In this document: positions 37,551 through 47,665 of the stretch, one piece after another
Numbering within the stretch: position 1 is the stretch's first letter
Layout of the letters: each line of letters starts with the position of its first letter
Assembly (NCBI GenBank): GCA_003171335.1
Contig: PMYD01000082.1
Location: 2,518-66,517, forward strand
Direction: 5' to 3'
DNA from: Phycisphaerales bacterium
Lineage (GTDB): Bacteria; Planctomycetota; Phycisphaerae; SM23-33; FEN-1343
Length of the DNA: 64,000 nt
Made by a program: the position numbers and the translations under genes
The notes under the pieces: generated by a model
What the model was told of the DNA's origin: nothing
The model's database searches: none
What the model saw: only the letters and a program-made list of their open reading frames with translations

Positions 37551-38405
37551 TCACTTCCTCCATGTCGCCTTTTCCGGCTGCCAGTGATCTTCCAACTCGG
37601 CCGAGGGGCTGACGAGCCGGCCGGTTCGGTGCAGCCGCGCCAGCAAGGCCCGCCGCAGGTGCCGCAGCGGCGTGACCAGCCGGCGATGCAGCGCCGTCAG
37701 TACCCCGGGCCGGCGCGAGAGGAGCAGTTCCTCCGGCCGCAGTTCCGCCTTCGCCAGCCGCCGCTTGTGCTTGTACAGGTGGTACAGGTCCATCCGCTGG
37801 AGGTAGCGGACGATCCAGTAGCTTACGGGCTCCCACGGCCAGAGGGCGTCGGGGTTGTGAACGACGGAGATCTGAAAATCGATCAGCCCCGGCTGGCCGG
37901 ACTCGGTAACCACGATGTTGCTGCGCTTGTTCAAATCGCAGTACGCCACGCCGCGGGCGTGCAGGCGGTCCAGCGTGACCCGCAGGGAGTCGAAAAACGC
38001 GCCCGGCGGCGGGTTTTTCGCCAGCGTGTCCAGCGTCTGGCCGGCCACGTATTCCAGGGCATACGCCGTGTCGGAGATCTTCGCGTGCCAGCGCTGAATG
38101 CCCGGCACGCCGTCGGCCCGCCGGTGGAAGCGTTCTTCCCGCCGCCGCAGCAGCCGGCCGATCCACTCGGTGGGCAGGCCGCAGTAACTCTGCGTGCGGC
38201 CGAATTTCACGACCAGCCGCGCCAGCTCGCCGCCCTCGCCCTGGAGGCGATATAACGCCGTGGCGGCGAAAAAGTCGTGCTTGAACACCCGCTCCAGCTC
38301 ATACGGCTGGCCGCGCACGAGTAACCGCGCCGGCGGCGGGGCCGGCAGGGCGAAAAGCTCCGCGCTGGCGCGAGATCGGTTCTTCACGAAGAAACCTCTA
38401 TCCAT
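37551..38405 (-). CDS. Protein-kinase-like (RIO/Kdo-like) protein
   Basis: FKHDFFAAT, VVK, LHARGVAYCDLNKRSNI, LIDFQ. Confidence 0.75.
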   Translation of the reverse strand: MDRGFFVKNRSRASAELFALPAPPPARLLVRGQPYELERVFKHDFFAATALYRLQGEGGELARLVVKFGRTQSYCGLPTEWIGRLLRRREERFHRRADGVPGIQRWHAKISDTAYALEYVAGQTLDTLAKNPPPGAFFDSLRVTLDRLHARGVAYCDLNKRSNIVVTESGQPGLIDFQISVVHNPDALWPWEPVSYWIVRYLQRMDLYHLYKHKRRLAKAELRPEELLLSRRPGVLTALHRRLVTPLRHLRRALLARLHRTGRLVSPSAELEDHWQPEKATWRK

Positions 38406-38447
38406 TCGCGTAACGGATCGCGGACCTCCGACTAAGTCGGAGGTCCA

Positions 38448-38495
38448 TTATCCGTTACGGGCCGCGGCCATGTCCTTGGCGAAGGCGGCGGCCGC
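38448..38495 (-). pseudogene. Displaced copy of the pyrF 3' end
   Basis: Encodes AAAAFAKDMAAARNG* versus pyrF AAAAFAKDIAAAVKG*. Confidence 0.75.
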
Positions 38496-38502
38496 TCGCC
38501 GG

Positions 38503-38667
38503 TTACAGCTTGGCGATGATCGCCCCGCCAATGAACATGCCGGCGCCGCAGATCGCCAACGGCACAGGCAGCCGCGGATCGCCCGCAGTTAACGGGGATG
38601 CCAACAAAACGCCTACTACCATCAGGAGGATTCCGCAGATGAGGGCCATCTTGGCGAACGATTTCAT
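38503..38667 (-). CDS. Small two-TM membrane protein
   Basis: AGGAG RBS; MKSFAKMALICGILLMVVGVLLA... Confidence 0.6.
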   Translation of the reverse strand: MKSFAKMALICGILLMVVGVLLASPLTAGDPRLPVPLAICGAGMFIGGAIIAKL

Positions 38668-38718
38668 TGGACCTGCTCCTTCTGCCAGGGGCGACGAAAG
38701 CCGGCGGCGCCGAGCCAC

Positions 38719-39630
38719 CTACCCTTTCACCGCGGCGGCGATGTCCTTCGCAAAAGCGGCCGCGGCCTGAGCGACGATCCCTTGCCAGGCCATGGACGGG
38801 CCATTCTTGAACGCGTAGATCACGCTGCGGCTGGCGTTGACAATGGCGCCGCGGCCCTCCGCGTCGAAGGCCGCCGCACAGTCGGCCGCCGAGGCGCCTT
38901 GGGCGCCGTAGCCGGGCACCAGGAAGATCTGCCGCCGCATCACCGCCCGCAGCCGGCGGGCCTCCTGGGGATAGGTCGCCCCCACCACCGCCCCGACGCA
39001 GGAGTAGCCGCGCTGGCCGATCAGCTCGGGCCCATCGCCGATGCGGGCCACCTGTTCGGCCATGTGGACGAAGAACTCGCGGCCGTCGTGCCCGGGAAAA
39101 TCCTGCACCGCCGCCCCGCCGGGATTGGACGTGCGCACCAGCACGAACAGACCCTTGCCCTGCTCGCGTGCGGCGGCAATGAAGGGCTCCAGCCCATCCT
39201 CGCCGAAGTAGCCGTTGACCGTGATGGCATCCGGCGTGCATGGCCGGCCTTTTTCATCCTGCCGGTTGCGCAAATGCGCCTGGGCGTACGCCTCGGCGGT
39301 CGAGCCGATGTCGCCGCGCTTCACATCGCCGATGACCGTCAGCCCCGCCGCCAGGGCCTCGGCCACAACGTCAAAGTACTCCCGCAAACCTTCATGGCCG
39401 TACTGCTCGAAATACGCGATCTGCGGCTTGACCGCCGGCACATACGGTGCCACGGCGGCGATGACCTGCCGGCAGAACTCCCCCACCGCCTGGGCCTGCC
39501 GGGCCAGCGAGGGCTCCTTTTCGCGCAGCTCCTCCGGCAGCCGTTCGTATGAGGGGTCCAGGCCCACGCACACGGGCGAGCCCTTGTCGGCGATGCGTTC
39601 CAGCAGCGTGTCGGCAAAATGCGGCGCCAT
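38719..39630 (-). CDS. pyrF: Orotidine 5'-phosphate decarboxylase
   Basis: VGLDP, KPQIAYFE, DVKRGDIGST, VRTSNP, GAVVGAT, PGYGAQG, NASR. Confidence 0.95.
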   Translation of the reverse strand: MAPHFADTLLERIADKGSPVCVGLDPSYERLPEELREKEPSLARQAQAVGEFCRQVIAAVAPYVPAVKPQIAYFEQYGHEGLREYFDVVAEALAAGLTVIGDVKRGDIGSTAEAYAQAHLRNRQDEKGRPCTPDAITVNGYFGEDGLEPFIAAAREQGKGLFVLVRTSNPGGAAVQDFPGHDGREFFVHMAEQVARIGDGPELIGQRGYSCVGAVVGATYPQEARRLRAVMRRQIFLVPGYGAQGASAADCAAAFDAEGRGAIVNASRSVIYAFKNGPSMAWQGIVAQAAAAFAKDIAAAVKG

Positions 39631-39733
39631 GCGACGGATTCTCCTTCCACGAATTGTCCATCTGCCTTATACCGCTGCACGGAGTCTGCCGCAACCGCCC
39701 GTGTCGGGCGGGGAGTAGGGAAAGGTAACGCCT

Positions 39734-40966
39734 GTGAGTCTGCTGCGCCGGTTGTTGCTGTTCACGTTCATCGAAAGCGTCGGCACGATTTTCATCGAGC
39801 GCGGCGAGATGTTCCTGACGAAGGATGTGCTGCACTTCTCCGATACGACCAACCTGTGGCTGGCGCTGCTGTTCGGGGCGGGCTACGCCGCCGGCTCGCT
39901 TTCAAGCCACAAGGTGGCGCAGCGCGTGGGCGAGAAGCGCCTGGTGCAGGCCTGCCTGGCGGGGCAGATCGTGGTGTGTACGGCCATGGGCTTTCTACTG
40001 GACCCGGTCGTGATCTTCGTGGGCTCGGCCCTGCTGGCGGCGATGTACGGCCTGAAGTGGGCGGTCACGGAAAGCTACGTCAGCGCCGGGCTCGATTCGC
40101 GCCAGACGGCTAACGTCATCGGCATTTTCAACATCACCTGGTCGGGGGCCGTGCCGGTGGCGCTGCTGCCCTCAGGCATGATTATCCGGCTGTGGCAGCC
40201 GGGCCTGTTTTATCTGCCGGTGTTCATCAGCCTGGTTTCCTGGTGGCTGATGCGGCCCGTGCCCGCCAGCCCTCTGCACCGCGAGTTGCCAGAGCCGAAC
40301 GTCGAGTCCCGCGCTGTCGCCCGCCGCACCGCCGGCCTGCTCGCCTTCAGCCGCTGGCAACTGCTGGGCAGTTACGCGCTGCTGTGGATCCTGGCCGCCC
40401 TGACGCCGGGCGTATTCAAGCGCCTCGGCTATGACGTGCGGCTGCAAACCGTGCTGGCGGCGATTCTGGACACGATGCGCGTGGCCGGCTTTTATCTCCT
40501 GTATCGCACCATCCGCTGGCACGGGCGCTTTGGGCCGCTGTTTGCGGGAATGCTGCTGATGCCGCTGGGCTTTGCCCTGGTGCTGCTGGCCCCCAACGTG
40601 ATGGCCATGCTTGGCGGCCAAGCGGCCGTCGGCACGGCGGTGGCCCTGGGCGGCGAGATGCTCTATGGCCTGGCGGCGGCCATGGTGTATTACGCCGCGC
40701 TGTATTACGCCATGGTGCACACGAATGCCGCCGTGCACGGCGGCGGCTCGCATGAAGGCGTCATCGGCCTGGGCTTTACGCTGGGCCCGGCGGCCGGCCT
40801 GCTGGGTGCGGCCGTGGCCTCGGCGGTCGGCGGGCTGACCTACGGCACGCTGATCGTCGTAGCGCCGCTGGTGGCGGCCGGCATGATCGGCTCGGTCCGC
40901 GCCTATCGCGCCACGCGCGCGGCGGCCGCCGGGCAACCTGTTGCTCGGTCAAGCGGCAACTGCTAG
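39734..40966 (+). CDS. MFS transporter
   Basis: About 12 hydrophobic helices; GIFNITWS, HEGVIGLGFTLGP. Confidence 0.8.
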   Translation: MSLLRRLLLFTFIESVGTIFIERGEMFLTKDVLHFSDTTNLWLALLFGAGYAAGSLSSHKVAQRVGEKRLVQACLAGQIVVCTAMGFLLDPVVIFVGSALLAAMYGLKWAVTESYVSAGLDSRQTANVIGIFNITWSGAVPVALLPSGMIIRLWQPGLFYLPVFISLVSWWLMRPVPASPLHRELPEPNVESRAVARRTAGLLAFSRWQLLGSYALLWILAALTPGVFKRLGYDVRLQTVLAAILDTMRVAGFYLLYRTIRWHGRFGPLFAGMLLMPLGFALVLLAPNVMAMLGGQAAVGTAVALGGEMLYGLAAAMVYYAALYYAMVHTNAAVHGGGSHEGVIGLGFTLGPAAGLLGAAVASAVGGLTYGTLIVVAPLVAAGMIGSVRAYRATRAAAAGQPVARSSGNC

Positions 40967-40975
40967 GATTGTGAT

Positions 40976-42110
40976 ATGTCACAAGAAAATCTTGCTGCCT
41001 TCATCGAGTCCCTCACGGCCCGGATCATCTCGATCCGGGACTCTCTTTGACCTGCCCGCACGCCAGGGCGAAATCACCGAGATTGAAAAGCAGATGAGCC
41101 GCCAGGGCTTCTGGGATGACCCGGATTCCGCCCAGCAGGTGGTGGCGCGGCTAAAGGCCCTCAAGGCTATCGTCGTGCCGGTGACCGCCGCACTGGCGGG
41201 GCTGGAAGATCTGCACGCGCTGTTCGAACTGGCCACCGAAGCTGACGACGCCGCCGCGCTGAACGAAGCCGAGGCCGAGGCCGCCAAGCTCACCGAGCAG
41301 GTGGACCGGCTGGAACTGGCCACGCTGCTGACGGGTCCGCACGACCGCGCGGCCTGCTACTTCTCCATCCAGGCCGGCGCCGGCGGCACCGACGCCCAGG
41401 ACTGGGCCGAGATGCTGCTGCGGATGTACCTGCGCTACTTCGAGCGCAACGGCTACAGCGTCGAGCTGATCGACCGCGTGGACGGCGAGGAGGCGGGCAT
41501 CAAGTCGGCCTCGCTGCACGTCTCGGGCCCGTACGCCTACGGCTACCTCTCCTGCGAGCGCGGCGTGCACCGCCTGGTGCGCCCCAGCCCCTTCAACGCC
41601 GACAACAAGCGGCAGACCTCCTTCGCCGCCGTCACCGTGCTGCCCGAAATGGACGACATCGAGATCGAGGTGGACTGGGACAAGGATATCCGCGAAGACA
41701 CCTACCGCGCCCAGGGTGCCGGCGGCCAGCACGTGAACAAAACCTCCTCCGCCGTGCGGCTGACGCACCTGCCCACGAACATCGTCGTGGCCTGCCAGAA
41801 TGAGCGCTCGCAGCACCAGAACCGCGCCACCGCCCGCAAGGTGATGATGGCCCGCCTGTATGAGCAGGAGCAGCGCAAGCGCGATGCCGACCTGGCCAAG
41901 CTCTACAGCGACAAGGGACAGATCGCCTGGGGAAACCAGAGCCGCTCGTACGTGCTGGATGACCGGCGGGTGAAGGACCACCGCACGGGGGTCGAGACGT
42001 TCAACCCCGACAAGGTGCTGGATGGGGATATCCAGATGTTCATCGACTCGTACCTGAGGAAGCGGGCGGAGAAGAATCAGGCGGCGGCGTCCAAGGCACC
42101 TACCGCCTGA
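40976..42110 (+). CDS. prfB: Peptide chain release factor 2 with programmed +1 frameshift
   Basis: MSQENL...IRDSL ends at CTT TGA C (41045-41051); +1 frame continues with GAGGTDAQDW, SPF, GGQ. Confidence 0.95.
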
Positions 42111-42229
42111 GCCGCGCCGGCTGGCATTGTGCCATCACGTTCCTTTGCGAATGCCGGCAATCGTGTGCCTTTCCCGGCGTCTATGACGAGAGCACGAAAA
42201 GCCGCCGTGCCTTTTTTGGGGAAACAAAG

Positions 42230-43777
42230 GTGGATTTGCATATGCAACAGCCGTTGCGTGCGCATCGCTCGGGTCGTAGCCGAATCGTGGTATTCGCCCT
42301 GCTCGCCCTTGCAGCCGTGGCCACCGTAGCCTTCTGGTACCACTGGCGCCAAGGCGGCGGTCCGACCGACTCGGTCAGCTTTACCCTGCAACGGAGTGAC
42401 AACCAGCAGGTGCTGGACCTGCAGACGGGCCAGATGATTTCTCTGGTCGAAGCGTACAAAGAGGAGCGGCCGTTCCTGGGCTTCGGCAGCTCTGAGCTCA
42501 CGGGCGTCCGAAGGCGGTTGTTCGGACTTGTCCCCCCAAAGCTCAAATGTAAGGCCCAGCTCAAAGTCTTCAATGCGGACCTGTGGTTCGCCCCCGACGC
42601 GAACAACGGGCGCAAGGGGGAGGATTTCTGGGCCGACACCGATGCGGCAAAGTGGCCTGGGTTGACCCCGCGGCAAACCTCTCATTACCTATGGACAATC
42701 GCGCCGACAGACTACCTCCGCCCCATCCTGTTCAGGACGGCCGACGGCACGCAGGGACTGTTACGGGTAACCGGTGCGAACTTCAATGAGATTCTCCTGG
42801 AGCGGCGGCTCCTGCCGCCCGCCCCGGCACCCCGGAGCCAGCCGGCCACGCCGCGCACCTTCAGCGTGACGATGTCCGATGGCACATACGTCGAAATCCT
42901 GGGCCTTTGCCACCATCCACTTTCCGGCCAAGCCTGGTGGAAGCCCGATGGCAGCCCCCTGGCCCGAGCGCCTTACTTGATTGATCCCAAAGTAAGGCTA
43001 ATGACTCTGAACGATGATCGCAAAACCATCGAGATGGCCTTCATCACCATCGCACCGCAGAAGGTGGTCAAAACCGTTACCGGGAATCGCACAACGGTCA
43101 CTTTATCCCAAGGAAGCGTTACTCGCTTCGGGGTCGAAGGTAACAGCGGCGCAGGTTCACACTCCATTGTCGATGAGTTCGGAAACAGGTCCATGGTGCC
43201 GTTCAATACTGGGGAGATGTATGTCTTCGACAAGGACCGTATGACCACTTCCGTGCGCTTCGGCTTTGCTTGCGAACCCTGGACCATGGTGCTGTCTTCC
43301 AGCGCTGGCAGCCAAAGCACCCAGGGCGCCGGAGGTCTGGTCAGCTTTGGCCCGCTGAACTGGGAGAATGGAAGGCCGGCCGTTGACGTGATTCTCTCCA
43401 ATGGCTGGGGCAACTTCGCCGTCCGCGTCGTGGCACTCGACAGCGCCGGCAAGTCCTATAACCTGGATTTTAACCAAATAAAAGCCGTCGAGCCGTCCAG
43501 CCTGGAACAAACGCGATACCACTACACGGTATCGAGCGACCTGCGTCAGAATTGGCCGGCGGACATTGCGGAGCTGCGCCTCGAGGCGACCGGTTTTACG
43601 GATCTTGTATTCGAAAATGTTTCCCTGGAAGCAGGGCAGATCACGGATGTGAAGACCCGGCAGGAACCCCCGCCGCCGGTGGCGTTGCCGGCTAGTCAGC
43701 CCTCAAAGGGGGCTCTCATCATCAACCCCGCGATGAGGAAGCGGGCGGAGAAGAATCAGGCGGCGACAAAAGCATAG
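42230..43777 (+). CDS. Accessory membrane-anchored hypothetical protein ending in a duplicated RF2 tail
   Basis: N-terminal TM; WWKPDGSPL and FENVSL motifs; lower GC; C-terminal RKRAEKNQAA. Confidence 0.7.
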   Translation: MDLHMQQPLRAHRSGRSRIVVFALLALAAVATVAFWYHWRQGGGPTDSVSFTLQRSDNQQVLDLQTGQMISLVEAYKEERPFLGFGSSELTGVRRRLFGLVPPKLKCKAQLKVFNADLWFAPDANNGRKGEDFWADTDAAKWPGLTPRQTSHYLWTIAPTDYLRPILFRTADGTQGLLRVTGANFNEILLERRLLPPAPAPRSQPATPRTFSVTMSDGTYVEILGLCHHPLSGQAWWKPDGSPLARAPYLIDPKVRLMTLNDDRKTIEMAFITIAPQKVVKTVTGNRTTVTLSQGSVTRFGVEGNSGAGSHSIVDEFGNRSMVPFNTGEMYVFDKDRMTTSVRFGFACEPWTMVLSSSAGSQSTQGAGGLVSFGPLNWENGRPAVDVILSNGWGNFAVRVVALDSAGKSYNLDFNQIKAVEPSSLEQTRYHYTVSSDLRQNWPADIAELRLEATGFTDLVFENVSLEAGQITDVKTRQEPPPPVALPASQPSKGALIINPAMRKRAEKNQAATKA

Positions 43778-43791
43778 GCAGCCTCACGGAG

Positions 43792-44157
43792 ATGGTAGCC
43801 ATGAAATGGGCCGACATGAAAGCTGCGGCTTTCTGGACAGGGGTCTCAGGTCTGGTGACATCGCTAATCGGCAATACTTACATTGCTATTTCAATCGTTC
43901 GTTCAATTTCACGAGTTCCCCTCGGGACAACGGGCTATAGGCCGTATGGGCTCGAGCTGGCGGTTGCCATCATAGCGTTTGCCGTGGCGGGAATGGGAAT
44001 CATGTGCGGGCTTTGGTGCGTTGCCTTGGGCTGGCGACGTCCGAGGAACTGGGTGATTGGATGCCTAAGCGTTGCAGCAGGTGCAGCAGCTTGTCCGCTC
44101 ATGCGACTAGTTTTTCAGATGATGTGTGAGTCCCGGAATATCACCATGGGTGACTAG
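43792..44157 (+). CDS. Lower-GC small membrane protein
   Basis: Three hydrophobic segments; start uncertain. Confidence 0.55.
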   Translation: MVAMKWADMKAAAFWTGVSGLVTSLIGNTYIAISIVRSISRVPLGTTGYRPYGLELAVAIIAFAVAGMGIMCGLWCVALGWRRPRNWVIGCLSVAAGAAACPLMRLVFQMMCESRNITMGD

Positions 44158-44165
44158 CTGGCAGA

Positions 44166-45170
44166 TCAGGCCCACTCCGCATCTTCACCCTTGGGCGCCC
44201 GCATCATCAGCCCCGCAATGGCCTCTCTTGGCGACTGGCCTTCGAAGAGCACCGCATGCACGGCCTGCGTGATGGGCATTTCCACGCCGTGGCGGCGGGC
44301 CAGGGCCAGGACGCTCTTTGTGGTGGCGACGCCCTCGACGACGCTGGCGGTGGCGGCCAGGGCCTCTGCAACGGAGCGGCCGCGGCCGACGGCCTCGCCG
44401 AAGGAGCGGTTGCGGCCGTGCGGGGAGACGCAGGTGGTCACCAGGTCCCCCAGGCCCGCAAGGCCCATGAAGGTCTCGCGCCGAGCCCCGAGGGCCACGC
44501 CCAGCCGCGCGATCTCCACCAGCCCGCGCGTCAGCAGCGCCGCCTTGGTGTTGTCGCCGGCCTCCATGCCGTCCAGAATGCCGGCGGCGATGGCCACAAC
44601 ATTCTTCAGCGCCCCGCCCAGCTCCACGCCGATCAAGTCGGGATTGGTGTACACGCGGAAATACGCGGTGGAGAAGAGCTTTTGCACCAGCTTGGCCAGC
44701 CCCGGATCAGCCGAGGCGACAGTGGCCGTGGCCACTTTGTGCTGGGCGATCTCTCGCGCGATATTCGGCCCCGAGAGCGCCGCCAGCGGGTTGCGGCCGC
44801 CGGTGACCTCCGCCAGCACCTCCGTGGGGCGCAGGCATGTGTCATTTTCGATGCCCTTGGCGGCGCTCACAATCGGCAGGCCCGCCGGGCAGTGCTTCCC
44901 CAACCGCCGCCAGCTCGGGCGGATGTACTGCGTGGGCATGCCGGCCAGGACCAGCTCGGCCCCGTCAAACGCCTCGGCGACATCGGAGGTGAAGCGGACA
45001 CTTTGGGGAAACGCCACGCCCGGCAAATACCGCGTGTTCTCGCGCCTGGCCGCCAGCTCGGCGATCTGCTCGGGGAAGAACCCCCACACGCGCACGCGAT
45101 GGCCATTGTCGGTCAAGATGATCGACGAGACCGTGGGCATCGCGCCATCGCCGAGGATCGTTACGTTCAT
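44166..45170 (-). CDS. gpsA: NAD(P)H-dependent glycerol-3-phosphate dehydrogenase
   Basis: KGIE, LSGPNIA, GVELGGALKNV, GLGDLVTTC.S..GRNR, EG, MPI. Confidence 0.95.
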   Translation of the reverse strand: MNVTILGDGAMPTVSSIILTDNGHRVRVWGFFPEQIAELAARRENTRYLPGVAFPQSVRFTSDVAEAFDGAELVLAGMPTQYIRPSWRRLGKHCPAGLPIVSAAKGIENDTCLRPTEVLAEVTGGRNPLAALSGPNIAREIAQHKVATATVASADPGLAKLVQKLFSTAYFRVYTNPDLIGVELGGALKNVVAIAAGILDGMEAGDNTKAALLTRGLVEIARLGVALGARRETFMGLAGLGDLVTTCVSPHGRNRSFGEAVGRGRSVAEALAATASVVEGVATTKSVLALARRHGVEMPITQAVHAVLFEGQSPREAIAGLMMRAPKGEDAEWA

Positions 45171-45219
45171 GGCACATGCCAGAATAGCCGGGCGGCCTGC
45201 GGCTGTCTATGCGCCTTGA

Positions 45220-45367
45220 GGCTGTAGGCTGTAGGCTGTAGGCTGTAGGCTGTAGGCTGTAGGGCTGTGGCCGACGGTCTTTCTGATAGCTTTCGGTTGG
45301 CAGCCTGAAAGATATGCCGTTTTGAGTTCTGGTCTTACCTATGGCCTACAGCCTATAGCCTAAAGCC
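45220..45367. repeat. GCTGTAG heptamer inverted repeat element
   Basis: (GGCTGTA)6 and CCTACAGCCTATAGCCTAAAGCC. Confidence 0.85.
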
Positions 45368-45371
45368 TCTC

Positions 45372-46451
45372 ATGAGCACAAAACCAATCACAATCACACC
45401 TCCCGCAACCGTTGTGGAATGGGTCGGCGGTGCGGCCGACGGGCACGTGCGCCTGCTGGATCAGACGGTGCTGCCGACCCAGGTGGGATATATCGACTGC
45501 CGCAGCACGGAAGAGCTGTGGGACGCGATCAAGCGGCTGGCCGTGCGCGGCGCGCCGGCGATCGGCGTGGCGGCGGCCTACGGCATGGTGCTGTCAGCGC
45601 GCGAGGCGGCCCATGAGGCCAAGATGTCCGGCCGGGCGTTCCGCGAGGTGCTCGCGGAGAAGGCCGAATACCTCAAGAGTTGTCGGCCCACGGCGGTGAA
45701 TCTGGCCTGGGCGGTGGAGCGGGCCCGGCGCGCGGCCAAGGGCGTGGCCGCCGAGCGCGCGGCCGAGAAAATCCTTACGGAGGCGCGCGAGATTCACCGC
45801 GAGGATGCGGCCATGTGCCGGGCGATCGGCGAGCATGCCGCCGCACTGATTCGCCGCTGCTCGGGCGTGCTGACGCATTGCAATGCCGGGGCCCTGGCCA
45901 CGGCGGGCATCGGCACGGCCACGGCGGGCATGTACGTCGCCCATGCGGCGGGACATGCCTTCTGCGTGTACTGCGATGAGACGCGGCCGCTGCTCCAGGG
46001 CAGCCGGCTGACGGCGTGGGAATTGTCGCAGGCGGGGATCAACGCCGTGGTCATCACCGACAACGTGGCCGGCCAGGTGATGCGCGAAGGCCGCGTGCAA
46101 CTGGTGATTACCGGGGCCGACCGCATCGCCGCCAACGGCGACACGGCCAATAAGATCGGCACGTACGGCCTGGCGATCCTGGCCCGCCATCACGGCATTC
46201 CCTTCTACGTGGCGGCGCCGGTCAGCACGTTTGACCTGTCGCTGGAGGATGGTTCAGGAATTCCCATCGAGCAACGCGATGCGGAGGAAATCACCGAGGG
46301 CCTGGGTCGACGCACCGCCCCCGACGGCATCGCCGTCTACGCCCCCGCCTTCGACGTGACGCCCGCCGGCCTGATCACCGGCATCATCACCGACCGCGGA
46401 ATCATCCAGCCGGTCACGGGGGACAAGATCCGGGAGAAGATCGGGCTGTAG
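45372..46451 (+). CDS. mtnA: Methylthioribose-1-phosphate isomerase
   Basis: LDQ..LP, VRGAPAIG, RPTAVNL, THCNAGALAT, ETRPLLQG, GADRIAANGDTANKIGT. Confidence 0.95.
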   Translation: MSTKPITITPPATVVEWVGGAADGHVRLLDQTVLPTQVGYIDCRSTEELWDAIKRLAVRGAPAIGVAAAYGMVLSAREAAHEAKMSGRAFREVLAEKAEYLKSCRPTAVNLAWAVERARRAAKGVAAERAAEKILTEAREIHREDAAMCRAIGEHAAALIRRCSGVLTHCNAGALATAGIGTATAGMYVAHAAGHAFCVYCDETRPLLQGSRLTAWELSQAGINAVVITDNVAGQVMREGRVQLVITGADRIAANGDTANKIGTYGLAILARHHGIPFYVAAPVSTFDLSLEDGSGIPIEQRDAEEITEGLGRRTAPDGIAVYAPAFDVTPAGLITGIITDRGIIQPVTGDKIREKIGL

Positions 46452-46565
46452 GCTTTAGGCTGTAGGCTGTAGGCTGTAGGCTGTAGCAACGGCGGGAAAA
46501 GACGGGATGCGCCTGCGTGTCTCTCTCCGGCCGTTCCTACAGCCTACAGTCTACAGCCTAAAGCC
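46445..46565. repeat. GCTGTAG heptamer inverted repeat element
   Basis: Starts at the mtnA stop codon. Confidence 0.85.
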
Positions 46566-46573
46566 TTCTCCCC

Positions 46574-47215
46574 TCACGCCGCCTCGCCCCAGACATCCAG
46601 CAGATTCGCCGCGCGGACCACGCGGCCGTCGAACTGCTCGCCCGCGCCGCGGGTCAACTCGGCCAGGGCCTCAGCCCGCGTGCGGGCACGGGCGTAGGGA
46701 CGGTCGGAGGTCATGCTGACCAGGGCGTCGGCGGCCTGGACGATGGCGGCCTGGAGCGTGAGGGAGTCCTCCCCGGTGCGGCCGGCGGCGGCTTCCCAAT
46801 GGTGGTGAAGCGCGACGATCCGGGCCAGGCCGGCATCGCCGGTGATCGCCAGCGTGTAGCGGGCGCCCAGGACGGCATGCTGGTTGATGATTCGCCGCTC
46901 GGTGGCCGTCAAGGGGCCGCACTTTGCCAGCAGGGCCTCGGGGATGGCGCATTTGCCGATATCGTGGAACAGCCCCGCAAGGCCAGCGCGCTGCACCGCC
47001 GTCGCCGGCAGCCGCATCGCTACGCACAGCCGAAAAGCCATCGTGCTGACGGCCTGGCAGTGAGTCGTCAGGTGCTCGCGCTGGGTCGGACCCAGGGTCC
47101 CCCAGCAAGCGCGGAGGAAATCCAGCCGCCGGGCCGCCGCATCATGCCGGCTGCGGGCAGGTTCGCGCGGCGTTAACTTCGGGAAGATCACATCCACATC
47201 CAGTCCCTCGATCAC
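46574..47215 (-). CDS. HD-GYP-like HD-domain protein
   Basis: HC..V, HDIGK, K.GPLT..ER, HH, ADAL.SMTSDRPY, QFD. Confidence 0.85.
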   Translation of the reverse strand: MIEGLDVDVIFPKLTPREPARSRHDAAARRLDFLRACWGTLGPTQREHLTTHCQAVSTMAFRLCVAMRLPATAVQRAGLAGLFHDIGKCAIPEALLAKCGPLTATERRIINQHAVLGARYTLAITGDAGLARIVALHHHWEAAAGRTGEDSLTLQAAIVQAADALVSMTSDRPYARARTRAEALAELTRGAGEQFDGRVVRAANLLDVWGEAA

Positions 47216-47665
47216 GATAAAACCCTCTTGAGGCTCGCGTCACATCCGCCGTATGGCCGCACGCGCTGGCGTGCCTGGCTATGGATTCGTCCTGCGAGGC
47301 AAGAGGCTTTATCGCCAGCCCTGTGAAAAGGACAAAATGACCGCCGGCAGCGCATGACATCCGCCACAGCCGACCCCGTCATCACAGGCCGAACAACCCG
47401 TCAACTTTCGCTATGCCGCATGATCTTTCCAGTCGTGCCGCACAAACAATACAGGTGGCGCAACCGGCACGCTCAGCCTGCATTGCGCCATCTGAGGCTC
47501 AAAGGCCAATCGTTGACGGCAGCAACGCCGGCCATCGCGCAAAGCGGAGGAAGTGCCACTATAATCAAGTTTGTGGACGGCGGCGCGGGCATGACGCCGC
47601 CCGCGGGTTACCGGCGAACTGATGCCAGGAAAATGAACTTCTACTGCATCGAAAGGAGCATCCTC

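Noticed and set aside
40941-41050. ORF-track N-terminus of RF2
   Set aside because: True N-terminus is in another frame and joined by the programmed frameshift
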